Positions 53,188 to 62,264 of a stretch of DNA of 64,000 nucleotides are shown in pieces. The translations under genes were made by a program, and so were the position numbers. The notes under the pieces are model-generated. The model was given only the letters and a program-made list of their open reading frames with translations, was not told where the DNA came from and did not search any database. The stretch is from Nitrososphaerota archaeon (GTDB lineage: Archaea > Thermoproteota > Nitrososphaeria_A > Caldarchaeales > JAVZCJ01), in NCBI GenBank assembly GCA_038817485.1, contig JAWAZL010000003.1, positions 28,479 through 92,478 of the forward strand, given 5' to 3'. Every line of letters starts with the position of its first letter. The first letter of the stretch is position 1.

Positions 53188-54012
53188 TCACATTTCTTCA
53201 GAACCTTTTATTATACTACCATAAATTACTTCTATTTTTTCTTCCTTAGCTCTTTCAAAAGCATCATCATTTATATTTACTGCTACTAAGTAAACTTTTT
53301 CAGCTTTTCTATTTAATACTTTCTCCACAACTGGTACTTTATCAATGAGTCTCTCAACATGATCAAGCTCAGCATGGGACTTTACTTCTATTATATAAAG
53401 CTTCTCATCTTCTATTAGAATATCTACATCTATTATTTCCCCTCTTCTTCCCGTATAACTTCCATCTTTATCCTTAAATTTGAATTTTGATACTTTTCCA
53501 GGTTCTATTCCTCTCTTTTCTAAAGCTTCTTTGAATATTTCCATAGTCGTCCTTTCAAGGTCTTCTCCCCATCTCTTTCCCACGCTTCCAATAGTTACTT
53601 CAACTCTTTTTTCAAGAGACTTTATGCTTTCATTTATCTTGTCAAATTTTATATCATGCTCCATTAATTTCTTTGTATGTATTGCTTGTTCTTCTCTTAT
53701 TGCTTTTAATTCTGTTACAATCTCATTAAATTTCATATCATGTTCTATTAATTTTTTTGTATGAATTGCTTGTTCTTCTCTCAAAGCTCTTAATTCGGTT
53801 ACAACTTCGTTAAATTTTGTATCATGCTCCATTAATTTCTTTGTATGAATTATTTGCTCTTCTCTTATTGCTTTCAACTCATTTATAATTTCATCAAATT
53901 TCATATCATGCTTTGAGATTCTTTCAAGTATTTCTTTAAAGCCAAGAATCCCAGCTACGGCCATTCTTAATTTTTTATCTTTCTCTAGCCTTTCTAAGAA
54001 TTCCTCAATCAC
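53188..54012 (-). CDS. Coiled-coil protein with 3.6 tandem 28-aa repeats and a C-terminal PD-(D/E)xK-nuclease-like domain
   Basis: Repeat HD(M/T)KF(D/N)E(I/V)(I/V)xEL(K/R)A(I/L)REEQ(A/I)IHTKKL(M/I)E encoded by an 84-bp period over about 53601-53910. C-terminal IIDVDILIEDEKLYIIEVKS resembles a D...E-x-K nuclease core. Confidence 0.55.
   Translation of the reverse strand: MIEEFLERLEKDKKLRMAVAGILGFKEILERISKHDMKFDEIINELKAIREEQIIHTKKLMEHDTKFNEVVTELRALREEQAIHTKKLIEHDMKFNEIVTELKAIREEQAIHTKKLMEHDIKFDKINESIKSLEKRVEVTIGSVGKRWGEDLERTTMEIFKEALEKRGIEPGKVSKFKFKDKDGSYTGRRGEIIDVDILIEDEKLYIIEVKSHAELDHVERLIDKVPVVEKVLNRKAEKVYLVAVNINDDAFERAKEEKIEVIYGSIIKGSEEM
53601..53910. repeat. Intragenic tandem repeat, 84-bp unit x about 3.6
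   Basis: Directly visible periodicity in nucleotide and protein sequence. Confidence 0.8.
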
Positions 54013-54505
54013 ATAATTGCTACATTGGTTCTTCCTTATAAAGTTTCTTATAAAATTAGTTTCTTTAAAATAAACACCATATATATATTTTTGATTTCCT
54101 AATATAACTAAAAGGATAGTAACAATTTAAATTTTTTATAGAATTTAGAGATGAATTCATTAAGAAGTATTAAAATTGAAAAAATAATTTTTATTCTTTT
54201 ATATTCAGTTATTTTTCATTATATTTTAGAAACTCTTTTCTTATTTTTTAATAATTCGATTTTTTTTACTTTTCTTAAAAGGACCTCTCATTTATTCTTA
54301 TTCATTCAGTTTTAATTATTTTTAGACATGTTTTATTCTTTTTTACTGGATTCACCATTTCCTGAAATAATTAAACAATGTTCTTAAAAAGAAAAATTTC
54401 TAAATATTTTATTTAATAAAAGAATATCATAATAAACAAAATAGAATCGATTATTTCTTATATTATAAAAAAGTTTATGTAATTAAGTATTATCCAGAAA
54501 TTCAT

Positions 54506-54620
54506 AATGGAATTATAAAGAAAGACTAATTTTTTAATATTTAAATATCTCTTTTATTGATACATTTATTTAGATAGAAATAAATAATTAAAGGATATTT
54601 GTTATGAATTTAGAAAATAT
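54506..54620. repeat. About 100-bp segment (promoter region plus first codons of 54604 gene) duplicated at 56088-56180
   Basis: ttcataatggaattataaag...ttaatatttaaatatctcttttattgatacatttatt...atgaatttagaaaat matches 56088-56180 with few mismatches. Confidence 0.65.
54538..54550 (+). promoter_or_regulatory. Candidate archaeal BRE/TATA element (TTTAAATATC) upstream of the 54604 gene
   Basis: AT-rich TATA-like element about 55-65 nt upstream of the ATG and conserved in the duplicated copy. Low specificity in such an AT-rich genome. Confidence 0.25.
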
Positions 54621-55038
54621 TCTTGAAAAAATTAAAGAAATAGAAAATAGGCTTAATAATTTAGAATGCAAGTTTGAAATATTAGAAAAATTTTTAGGAA
54701 AAAGCAATGTTAATATTAATGTTGAAATTCCAAAAGTTATTATTGAAAAGAAAGCTATAGATATAAGGATAAGTGAAGATGAGCTTTTAGGAAGAATAAT
54801 TTTGCTTGTTAAAGAAGGGTTTTTCAATATTGATAGGACTGCAAGTGAAGTTGCAAAAGAGCTTATACGTAGATGTTGGCATCCAAAAGATATGCAGCAT
54901 ATAAGACCAACATTGGAACATTTAACATTTTTAGGAATATTAGAGAGGAAAAAAGAGAAAAAGCAAAAAGGAAAAGGATTAAAATGGGTATATAGAAGAA
55001 AAGAAAATTTAGAAATTTTAGAGAATGAAAAATCATAA
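54604..55038 (+). CDS. Small protein: N-terminal coiled coil plus C-terminal winged-helix-like domain
   Basis: ENILEKIKEIENRLNNLECKFEILEK heptads; C-terminal SEVAKELIRRCWHPKDMQHIRPTLEHLTFLGILER wHTH-like block. Confidence 0.5.
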   Translation: MNLENILEKIKEIENRLNNLECKFEILEKFLGKSNVNINVEIPKVIIEKKAIDIRISEDELLGRIILLVKEGFFNIDRTASEVAKELIRRCWHPKDMQHIRPTLEHLTFLGILERKKEKKQKGKGLKWVYRRKENLEILENEKS

Positions 55039-55359
55039 GTGAAGTTTAGAAAATGAAGGAAATTATTTTTTATATTATAATTAATTTTCTTAAAAATTCA
55101 GCTAAAAAATTTTAAATGTAAGGAAAATAATAGCTGGAAGTGAAACAATAGCTGTTGTTTGCAAGGCAAAATACATAATTAGCGGATTAGGGATAACTAT
55201 ATAAGAAGATAAATTAGCATAGCTTAATGAAAATTTATTTAAATAGTGTTAACCATATCTTCATTTTTAAAAATGGAAAACAACTGAAAAAAGAGTTTAT
55301 AATTCAATATAAATAAACATATTTAAATATCAAGATAATTAATACTAATTTGAATATAA

Positions 55360-55680
55360 ATGGTTGAAAAAATTCCATCATGGATTGAAAGAATTTTATT
55401 ACCAAAGCTAAGTGAAATAACTGGAGAAATTAAAGCAATTAATGCAAGAATAGATTCTTTAGAAAATAGAATTGATTCATTAGAAACCAGAATAGATTCT
55501 TTAGAAAAAACATTTAATGAAAGATTTATAAGCTTAAGAAATGAAATGATTTCTAGATTTGAAGCAGTAAATATTAGAATTGATTCTTTAGAAAAAAGAA
55601 TTCCACTTATAGAAAAATTAACAGAATTGGAAATTAGAATAAGTAGATTAGAAAAAGAAAAACAAGCATCTGTTTCTTAA
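55360..55680 (+). CDS. Small coiled-coil protein with tandem RIDSLE(N/T/K) heptad repeats
   Basis: 21-bp unit agaatagattctttagaaaa repeated three times at 55447-55509 and again near 55576; entire protein heptad-like. Confidence 0.5.
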   Translation: MVEKIPSWIERILLPKLSEITGEIKAINARIDSLENRIDSLETRIDSLEKTFNERFISLRNEMISRFEAVNIRIDSLEKRIPLIEKLTELEIRISRLEKEKQASVS

Positions 55681-56087
55681 TTAAGAAATTTTTCCAAAAT
55701 TCCTATCTCATTCTTAAATGAATTATTATTGATGCAATTGTTATTATTGCTTTATAAAAATAGAAGCTTTTCATTAAAGCTTTGAATATTTTGCCATTTC
55801 TTAAGCTTTTTCTAAGCAGTTTATAAAAAACATACTTTGAAGGTATGTTCTCCCCTCTACAACTAGTTTCTATAACATATAATATTTCATATTTTAATAT
55901 TTTATCAATAAATCTTGGTCTACCTCTTTCTATTTCTTAGAAAAGCTCAATTAAAGACATTCTTTATCTGATATTTATCTGAAAGCCATTAGAATGAAAT
56001 ATTAAAGGATTAATTTAAGACTTAAAATATTTTGAGGCAGTCTCATTATAAAAGAATGTTGCATAACTAAGTTATTGTTCAGTACTT

Positions 56088-56180
56088 TCATGATGGAGTT
56101 ATAAAGATTATTGGAATTTTTTAATATTTTAAATATCTTTTCATTGATACATTTATTATGAATTTAAAAATTTAGATTTA
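56088..56180. repeat. Second copy of the 54506-54620 segment, followed by a truncated gene start (ATGAATTTAAAAATTTAG)
   Basis: Direct alignment by eye. Confidence 0.6.
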
Positions 56181-56286
56181 AGATATTAGGAAAATTTTTA
56201 CGATTTTTATTTAAAGGAATTATGAAAAAATAAATAAAGAATTCTAGTTTTTATTTGCTTAATCATTTTTAAATATTATTGGAATG

Positions 56287-57658
56287 CTATGTCTTCTTAA
56301 TACGTTTAAGAAATAGTAAGAGTAAAGCCATTGCTATTAATATTATGACTACTATAATTAGAAATATCATATTAATTGGTGATATTGGAATTTCAGAAAT
56401 AGTAGCAGTATAAGATGGAGAAGTGTAAGTAGTTAATGTTATTGAAGTTGTTGTAGTTTCTGAAGGAATTGATATTATAATGTAGAATTTAATTAAAGGA
56501 TAATGATCAATATTATGATAATCTATTATATAGGAAGTATCACCAATACCATCAAGATTTTTATCACTACCAGTATAATCACTCCAATAATTACCACCTG
56601 AAGGGTATCCATTATCCCAAGTGTTTATAGAGCTATAAGAATAAACTTGCTTAGTATTATTAATAAAATTATTATGATAGATAGTATTATTAAAAGAATG
56701 GTCAAATAAAATACCATCCAAACTATTATTTAAAAAAGTATTACCAATTATAGTATTATTATTAGAAGATTCAAGACGAATTCCATGCTTATTATTAAAA
56801 AGCATATTGCCTATTATAATATTATTATTAGAAAAATAATGAAGATAAATTCCTGCCCAATTACTTGTTGAATTATTATTGATTATTACATTATTACTTG
56901 ATTCCCATAATTCTATTCCAATAGTAACATTTGAGAAATTAAGATTCTTAATTTCTATTCTCTTACAATTAATAAGTATAATTTGGCCAGCTTCTTTTAT
57001 TGTTAAATCTGAAGCATTCTCAAGATAAACTAAAGGTCTATTATTTACAGTATTATTTACTACATTATTTAAATAAGAATAGCGAATAAGGAGGCCACAA
57101 TTAATAAAAGCATTGTTTAAAAGAGTATTATTATTTGATTTTTCTTCAAGATGAATACCGCACCAACTATTATTAGAAACAGTATTATTAATAATGATAT
57201 TATTTAAAGAAGATTGATAAAGATATATGCCAGCCACATTGTTTGAAAATATATTATTAATTATTTTATTATTTGAAGAAGAGCGAATAAAGATTCCGCT
57301 TTCAAAACCTTTTGCTTTAACATTTTTGACTGTTACATTCTTTATATTATAAAGCCTAATTCCAGCTCCTTGAGCCGGATCCAACAATAGTATGTCCTTG
57401 ACCATTAAGAATAATGTTATCCCTTTCTACAATTATACCGTCTCCACTAGTTTGAATATCATCTGTCAATATGTATGTTATCTTATCACTAGTCGCTATT
57501 GGTGCATTATAAGGCAAAATGCTTCCATCAGGTCTAATACGAATTGGTCCACCATACCAAGCATTAACAAGTATTAAATGCGAAAATAAATATAGTATTA
57601 AAGGAAGGAAAATCATTATGCTTAAAATAATTTTAATTATAAAAATTTTTCTTCCCAT
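56287..57658 (-). pseudogene. Beta-helix surface protein paralog split by a frameshift near 57385-57405
   Basis: ORF 57356..57658 has the signal peptide and first beta-helix rungs ending ...NGQGHTIVGSGSRSWN*. ORF 56287..57405 continues in another frame (LLDPAQGAGIRLYN...) and carries the same C-terminal SEIPISPINM + TM + KRIKK tail as the paralog. Confidence 0.6.
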
Positions 57659-58423
57659 TTTTTTATTTCAGAAAAATATTTACTTAAAATTATATAAATT
57701 TTTCTTTAAGCTTTTTTCAATATGAAATATATGAAAATAAATTAAAAAAAGAATAGTATTTTTTATTTAGCTTTTAAAAAATAATTTAAGAAACTTTTTT
57801 AAAATTCTCGATAATGTAAAAAGATTCAATGAAATGCATAATTCAGATTTAGATATAGGATTTTAATTCTATTTCTAAATGTGGGAAAGTAAAATTTTCT
57901 ATTTCGTAGAGTTTATTCAAAAAAATTTGAAATGAAAAAATTTTTAGCTAATATTGAAATTTTCTTTTTTCATTAATTTGATCTATACTGTTTTATCCAA
58001 TCTTTAAGTTCCATTTCAGATGTTTTTACTTTGATTTCTTTTATATTAACAAAATCTATGTTGATTGTGTAAAGAATTTCAGCTTTTCAATAATTGAAGT
58101 AGCTAATATTATAGAATCTGTTAATGCTAACTATTTTCCTTCTGGTGTTTTTATTTTAGAACGATATTCCCTGCTTTCTCAGCTATTTCTTTATCTACAT
58201 TACGTATTCTAGGTTTTTACTTAATTATTTCTTGCTTCATTTTATAATTCCAATTATTACAGAACTTTTATATTAGAAAAATAAAAAATAGATTATTAGT
58301 TTATTTGCTGCTCTTTATACATCCTTTTGCAAATTAGTGATAGCGGAATATATTTAAATAGAAAAAAGCTTAATTTAAAATTTATATACTATTGATTAAT
58401 TAAATTATATTAAGAGAACTTTT

Positions 58424-58856
58424 ATGGGACATGTCACAATTGATATAAACATTATTGGATTAAAGAAAAAGATTTTGTTAAAAAAACATTCTTATTGATA
58501 CAGGTGCTACTTATACTACATTATCTTTAGATGTTATTAAAGATGTTGGTGCTATTGAAACACCTTATTCTATAGATTTAGAGCTAGGTGATGGTAGAAT
58601 AGTTAAAGCTAAGATGTATGTGGCATCGATGGAGATTATGGATAGAGAAGGGCCAGTCTTAATAGCTTCTTTTGAAAATGCTAAACCTGTTATAGGTATT
58701 CAAGCATTAGAATCTTTAGGTCTTAAAGTAGACCCAGTAACAAGTAAGCTAGAAACAACTAGACCTAAAGGATTAGCATATTATCCATATTTTACTAAAG
58801 CGATTAACTTTTTATTAAGTTCATTTTCAATAAATCTATTCTTTATGATTTTTTGA
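58424..58856 (+). pseudogene. Second retropepsin-like aspartic peptidase copy, frameshifted in an A7 homopolymer (58480-58486)
   Basis: Frame 1 gives MGHVTIDINIIGLKKKILLKK... then stops. The adjacent frame reads ...ILIDTGATYTTLSLDVIKDVGAIETPYSIDLELGDGRIVKAKMYVASMEIM... and matches the copy at 49903 (LADTGAIYTVLP / GLEVDP vs GLKVDP). Confidence 0.6.
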
Positions 58857-58899
58857 ATTTTTATTATATTTTTCTTAAAAAGTTTTTATAAAATTTAAA

Positions 58900-60045
58900 T
58901 TAGATTATTTCAAATCCTTTATGTATAATATGTAAAGGCTCTAGCTTTTGATTTCCTATTCTTTTTTCACCTTCGCAATCTTCAAATATGAATTTCCCTT
59001 CTTTTAATTTGAATATTGCAATATTTGCAAATGCATCAGGTTTTAATGTTCCTATTTTGCCTAATTTACCTATGATTTCTGCAGGCTTTGTTGTGCTTGC
59101 TTTTATTACTTCATCTAAAGACATTCCAAGTAATAGAAACTTTGACATAGTGGTAGGCATATCATACACAGGTCCATTAATATTATCAATCCATAAATCT
59201 GTACTTATTGTATCTGGCATTATTCCTTCAGCAATAGCTTTTTCAGCAATCTTCCAAGAAAAAGATTTTTTACCATGTCCAACATCTAATATAACTCCTC
59301 TTTTTATTGCTTCAAAGAATTCTGGAAAAATTTTTCCATCATCATCAAGTAATCCAATATGTCCTCCTTCTTCTTTTCTAATAGGAGCATATAAATGAGT
59401 TAATATATCGCCTTTCTTTAAAAAATTTAAAGAATCAGGAGTAAAGCGATTTTCACTCATAATAAGACATTTTGCTTTATCTGCTGCTTTTCTAGCAAGT
59501 TCAAGTCCAGTTATATGATGATGTGCCCATTTTATCCCTAAAATGATATCACGATTTTTCTCTATTGTTTTTACAGTATTCTCAATATTTATAAAAAGTG
59601 GTGTGAAAATTCCATTTAAGCATGTTAATAATTCTGGCCATCTTTCTGTATCTCTTTCCATAAACTCAATCATTCCTAAAGATTCGATATTTAACATTGC
59701 AAATATTTGACATTTTGATTTTTCTATAACATATTTTTTAAAAGGAGTAAAATTAAGATAGCCTGTAGATCCTGCATCTATAACAGTTGTGCTACCTTTC
59801 ATAAGACATGAACTTTCAGGATCGATGCTTAGCATAATTACATTATAGCTTACATGTGTATGAAGATCTATTAAACCTGGCACAACGATCATGTTTGAAG
59901 CATCGATTACTTTTTTAGTATCAATAGGGGCAATGCTTGATTCGATAGCTTCTATCTTACCATTAGATATTGCAATATCCTTTTTCTCATGTAAATCTTG
60001 AGAAGGGTCGATTACTGTGCCATTTTTAATTATTAAGTCATACAT
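58900..60045 (-). CDS. Metal-dependent amidohydrolase (dihydroorotase/allantoinase-like superfamily)
   Basis: N-terminal LIIKNGTVIDP...VVPGLIDLHTHV motif (HxH metal site); 381 aa. Confidence 0.65.
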   Translation of the reverse strand: MYDLIIKNGTVIDPSQDLHEKKDIAISNGKIEAIESSIAPIDTKKVIDASNMIVVPGLIDLHTHVSYNVIMLSIDPESSCLMKGSTTVIDAGSTGYLNFTPFKKYVIEKSKCQIFAMLNIESLGMIEFMERDTERWPELLTCLNGIFTPLFINIENTVKTIEKNRDIILGIKWAHHHITGLELARKAADKAKCLIMSENRFTPDSLNFLKKGDILTHLYAPIRKEEGGHIGLLDDDGKIFPEFFEAIKRGVILDVGHGKKSFSWKIAEKAIAEGIMPDTISTDLWIDNINGPVYDMPTTMSKFLLLGMSLDEVIKASTTKPAEIIGKLGKIGTLKPDAFANIAIFKLKEGKFIFEDCEGEKRIGNQKLEPLHIIHKGFEII

Positions 60046-60212
60046 ATTTTTATGATAATGTTAACTGTTATATAAATTTTATTTATTAAATATTACTAAT
60101 CTTCTTTTTGTGTGATTTTATAAAGTTTAATGTAATTTGGTATGAATTATATGTTTGTGTAAATTTTTTTATTTAAACATTAGAATGCAAGCAATTTTTA
60201 AAAATGCATACT

Positions 60213-60464
60213 TTTTATAGAATATAAGATTGTTCATGACTTTATGCATTTTCTGAAATTTTTAATTTGTTAAAACCATAATTCTATAGAATTTTTAGAA
60301 TTTTTATTTTGAAATTTTTCTCGTTTTTAATTTTAGGAAATTTTCATTGTAGATTGTGTAATAATCACTTATAGTATGATATTTGCTTTTTAAATGATAA
60401 GCATTATCGAATACTGTGTATTTTTGTTAATTGAAGTTATATCATTTTCTTTATTTTTTAATTA
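60213..60464. repeat. About 250-bp segment homologous to 62226-62533 (includes a decayed remnant of the PaREP1-like gene start)
   Basis: ctttttatagaatataagattgttcatgactttatgcatt... versus ctttctatagaatataagactgtccatgcctttatccatt...; both segments end in ttctttattttttaatt. Confidence 0.7.
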
Positions 60465-60775
60465 TATTTAATTATTTCTTTTAAATAATCAAAAATTTTG
60501 ATTTTGATATATAGAACATTCATCTTTTATTATAAATTCTTCATCCTAAATATTTATATAATTTTGAGCTCTTAAATGCTGTAAGAATTACGATAGCATC
60601 TTTTTCATACTTATAAACTACTATTAAAACTTTATTATCTATTTTCTTTATAGCTTTAAGAATGTTATTAAATTTTTTAGTTTTATCTGGATTTTTTTAA
60701 GCATAATTGAATGTCACTTTTACTTATATAACGTTTCTTCATTCGCTCTAAAGTATGAAGAGTATAAATAATCAT

Positions 60776-60994
60776 TTAAGATACCAAAATTTTAAATCCC
60801 TTAATTATTAATTCATTAAGATCAATTTTCTTCTTAGAAAATTCTAGTACTTCGATTCCTATAATATCACCATTCTTATCATAATCTACAATTATTCCTT
60901 CAGAGATTTCTTCACTATCAACTACATCACCTTCATGAACTTTAATATATAAAGCATCAGCATATTGATCATATTTAATTACATATTCAGACAT
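60776..60994 (-). CDS. DUF2283-family small protein (orphan, antitoxin-like)
   Basis: YDQYADALYIKV...IIVDYDKNGDIIGIEVL pattern typical of DUF2283; no partner gene is intact. Confidence 0.5.
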   Translation of the reverse strand: MSEYVIKYDQYADALYIKVHEGDVVDSEEISEGIIVDYDKNGDIIGIEVLEFSKKKIDLNELIIKGFKILVS

Positions 60995-61315
60995 AATATC
61001 ACCGCAAATGGTAATAACCTATATTAAACAATATATAAATCTTTTCATGAAAGAATCTGGCTCTGTGAAATTAAGTATTACATATTATTATTGCCTCCAT
61101 TATTTTACTTAAGAATCTATTCATAATTATTTTCTTAAAATTCCATCCTAATGGTGGCTTTTTAATAAATCATGTATTCTTATTAAATTATAATCTATTT
61201 TAAATGAATTTATCCATTCTTTTATATGTTCATGATTACATTCATTAAAACATGGAAAATAATCATCAAAACATTCAATTCTATCTTTAATATTCTGAAT
61301 AAAGAATCGCTACTG

Positions 61316-61603
61316 TCAAGGTAAACCTTCAACACGTCCACCCCTCATTTTCCTAATAAGAAACTCTGATGGTGGACCTCGGAGTTGAGGTCTATCACGT
61401 TTTACCTCTTCAGGGGAAAATACTGTTTTTACGCTTATGCCCATTTTTTTAAAGACTTTTTCGATATCTTCATCGACCATAGAGGCTCGAAGTAGATTTT
61501 CAACTTCATTACTTAGCTTTCTTAAGGTACCATGCTTTTTTAAGACAGCTTCTTTAAACCTAACCCACAATTCCTCATCAAGATAAAGACTAACTTTTTT
61601 CAA
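61316..61603 (-). CDS. Ribbon-helix-helix (CopG-like) antitoxin with a C-terminal extension resembling the start of a RelE/ParE toxin
   Basis: KKVSLYLDEELWVRFKEAVLKKHGTLRKLSNEVENLL is RHH-like. The downstream 61140-61315 region has a start-less frame ending ...IDYNLIRIHDLLKSHH, reminiscent of RelE/ParE C-termini. Confidence 0.4.
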   Translation of the reverse strand: MKKVSLYLDEELWVRFKEAVLKKHGTLRKLSNEVENLLRASMVDEDIEKVFKKMGISVKTVFSPEEVKRDRPQLRGPPSEFLIRKMRGGRVEGLP

Positions 61604-61754
61604 GCATACACTAAAGAAGTCGACATGTAAACTGGTATTTAACTTTTTTTTAAGGCTTCTGAAATCTTTGAGTAGATAGCAATACTGAAGAATATTTTTA
61701 ATTTTTATAAAAAAGTTTATAGTAGATTTTTAAGAATGATATCTTAATAGCTAA

Positions 61755-62264
61755 TTACAGTTCATTTAAAAATTCTCCAGCTTTTAATAATTTCTCTACA
61801 TCTTCTATATATTCTTTTACTTTTCCAATTTCTCTCCTAAGCATTTCAATGTCGATTATTCCATCATAGAAAGTCATTTCATGTAAGTATCTCTCCCTAG
61901 CACCATACTTATCTCTTAATCCAAGCTTTTCAATATCAGGACTTAAATCCTCAAGCTTTTCAAGAAGCTTTCTTCTTTCCCAATGACTTGCTGGAACAGA
62001 ATCCAAGTAGCTTAGAATAAGAGCATTAGCAGCACTTATTACAGCATTCCAAAGTTTCTCAGCAGCATCTCGAATCATAATATTATCATTAACTTTAAGA
62101 GCTTCTTCAAATTCCTTTAGACCTTTATCCAAAAAATCTCTAGCATCTTTTAGAAAAACTCTAATTCTTTCAGTTTTACTAATGACCATATTATCACATA
62201 CTTTAAGGATGTACGAATATTTAAGCTTTCTATAGAATATAAGACTGTCCATGCCTTTATCCAT
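61755..62264 (-). CDS. PaREP1-like (HEPN-related) archaeal protein
   Basis: AEKLWNAVISAANALIL, SHWERRKL and LHEMTFYDGII resemble the PaREP1 family signatures (EKLWGA, SH, LHxNFYE). Confidence 0.45.
   Translation of the reverse strand: MDKGMDSLIFYRKLKYSYILKVCDNMVISKTERIRVFLKDARDFLDKGLKEFEEALKVNDNIMIRDAAEKLWNAVISAANALILSYLDSVPASHWERRKLLEKLEDLSPDIEKLGLRDKYGARERYLHEMTFYDGIIDIEMLRREIGKVKEYIEDVEKLLKAGEFLNEL

Noticed and set aside
55140-55180. Short hairpin-like inverted repeat (aaacaa-tagctg-ttgttt) in the 55039-55359 gap as a possible small RNA or terminator
   Set aside because: Only a 6-bp stem with no flanking U-tract context or conservation evidence; such hairpins occur by chance in AT-rich DNA.
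55700-55953. About 80-codon open frame on the minus strand (MSLIELF-TAA-EIERGRPRFIDKILKYEIL...) with an internal TAA
   Set aside because: No start-to-stop integrity, low-complexity composition, and the open-frame length is within chance expectation for one of six frames in a 64-kb AT-rich window. No recognisable domain.
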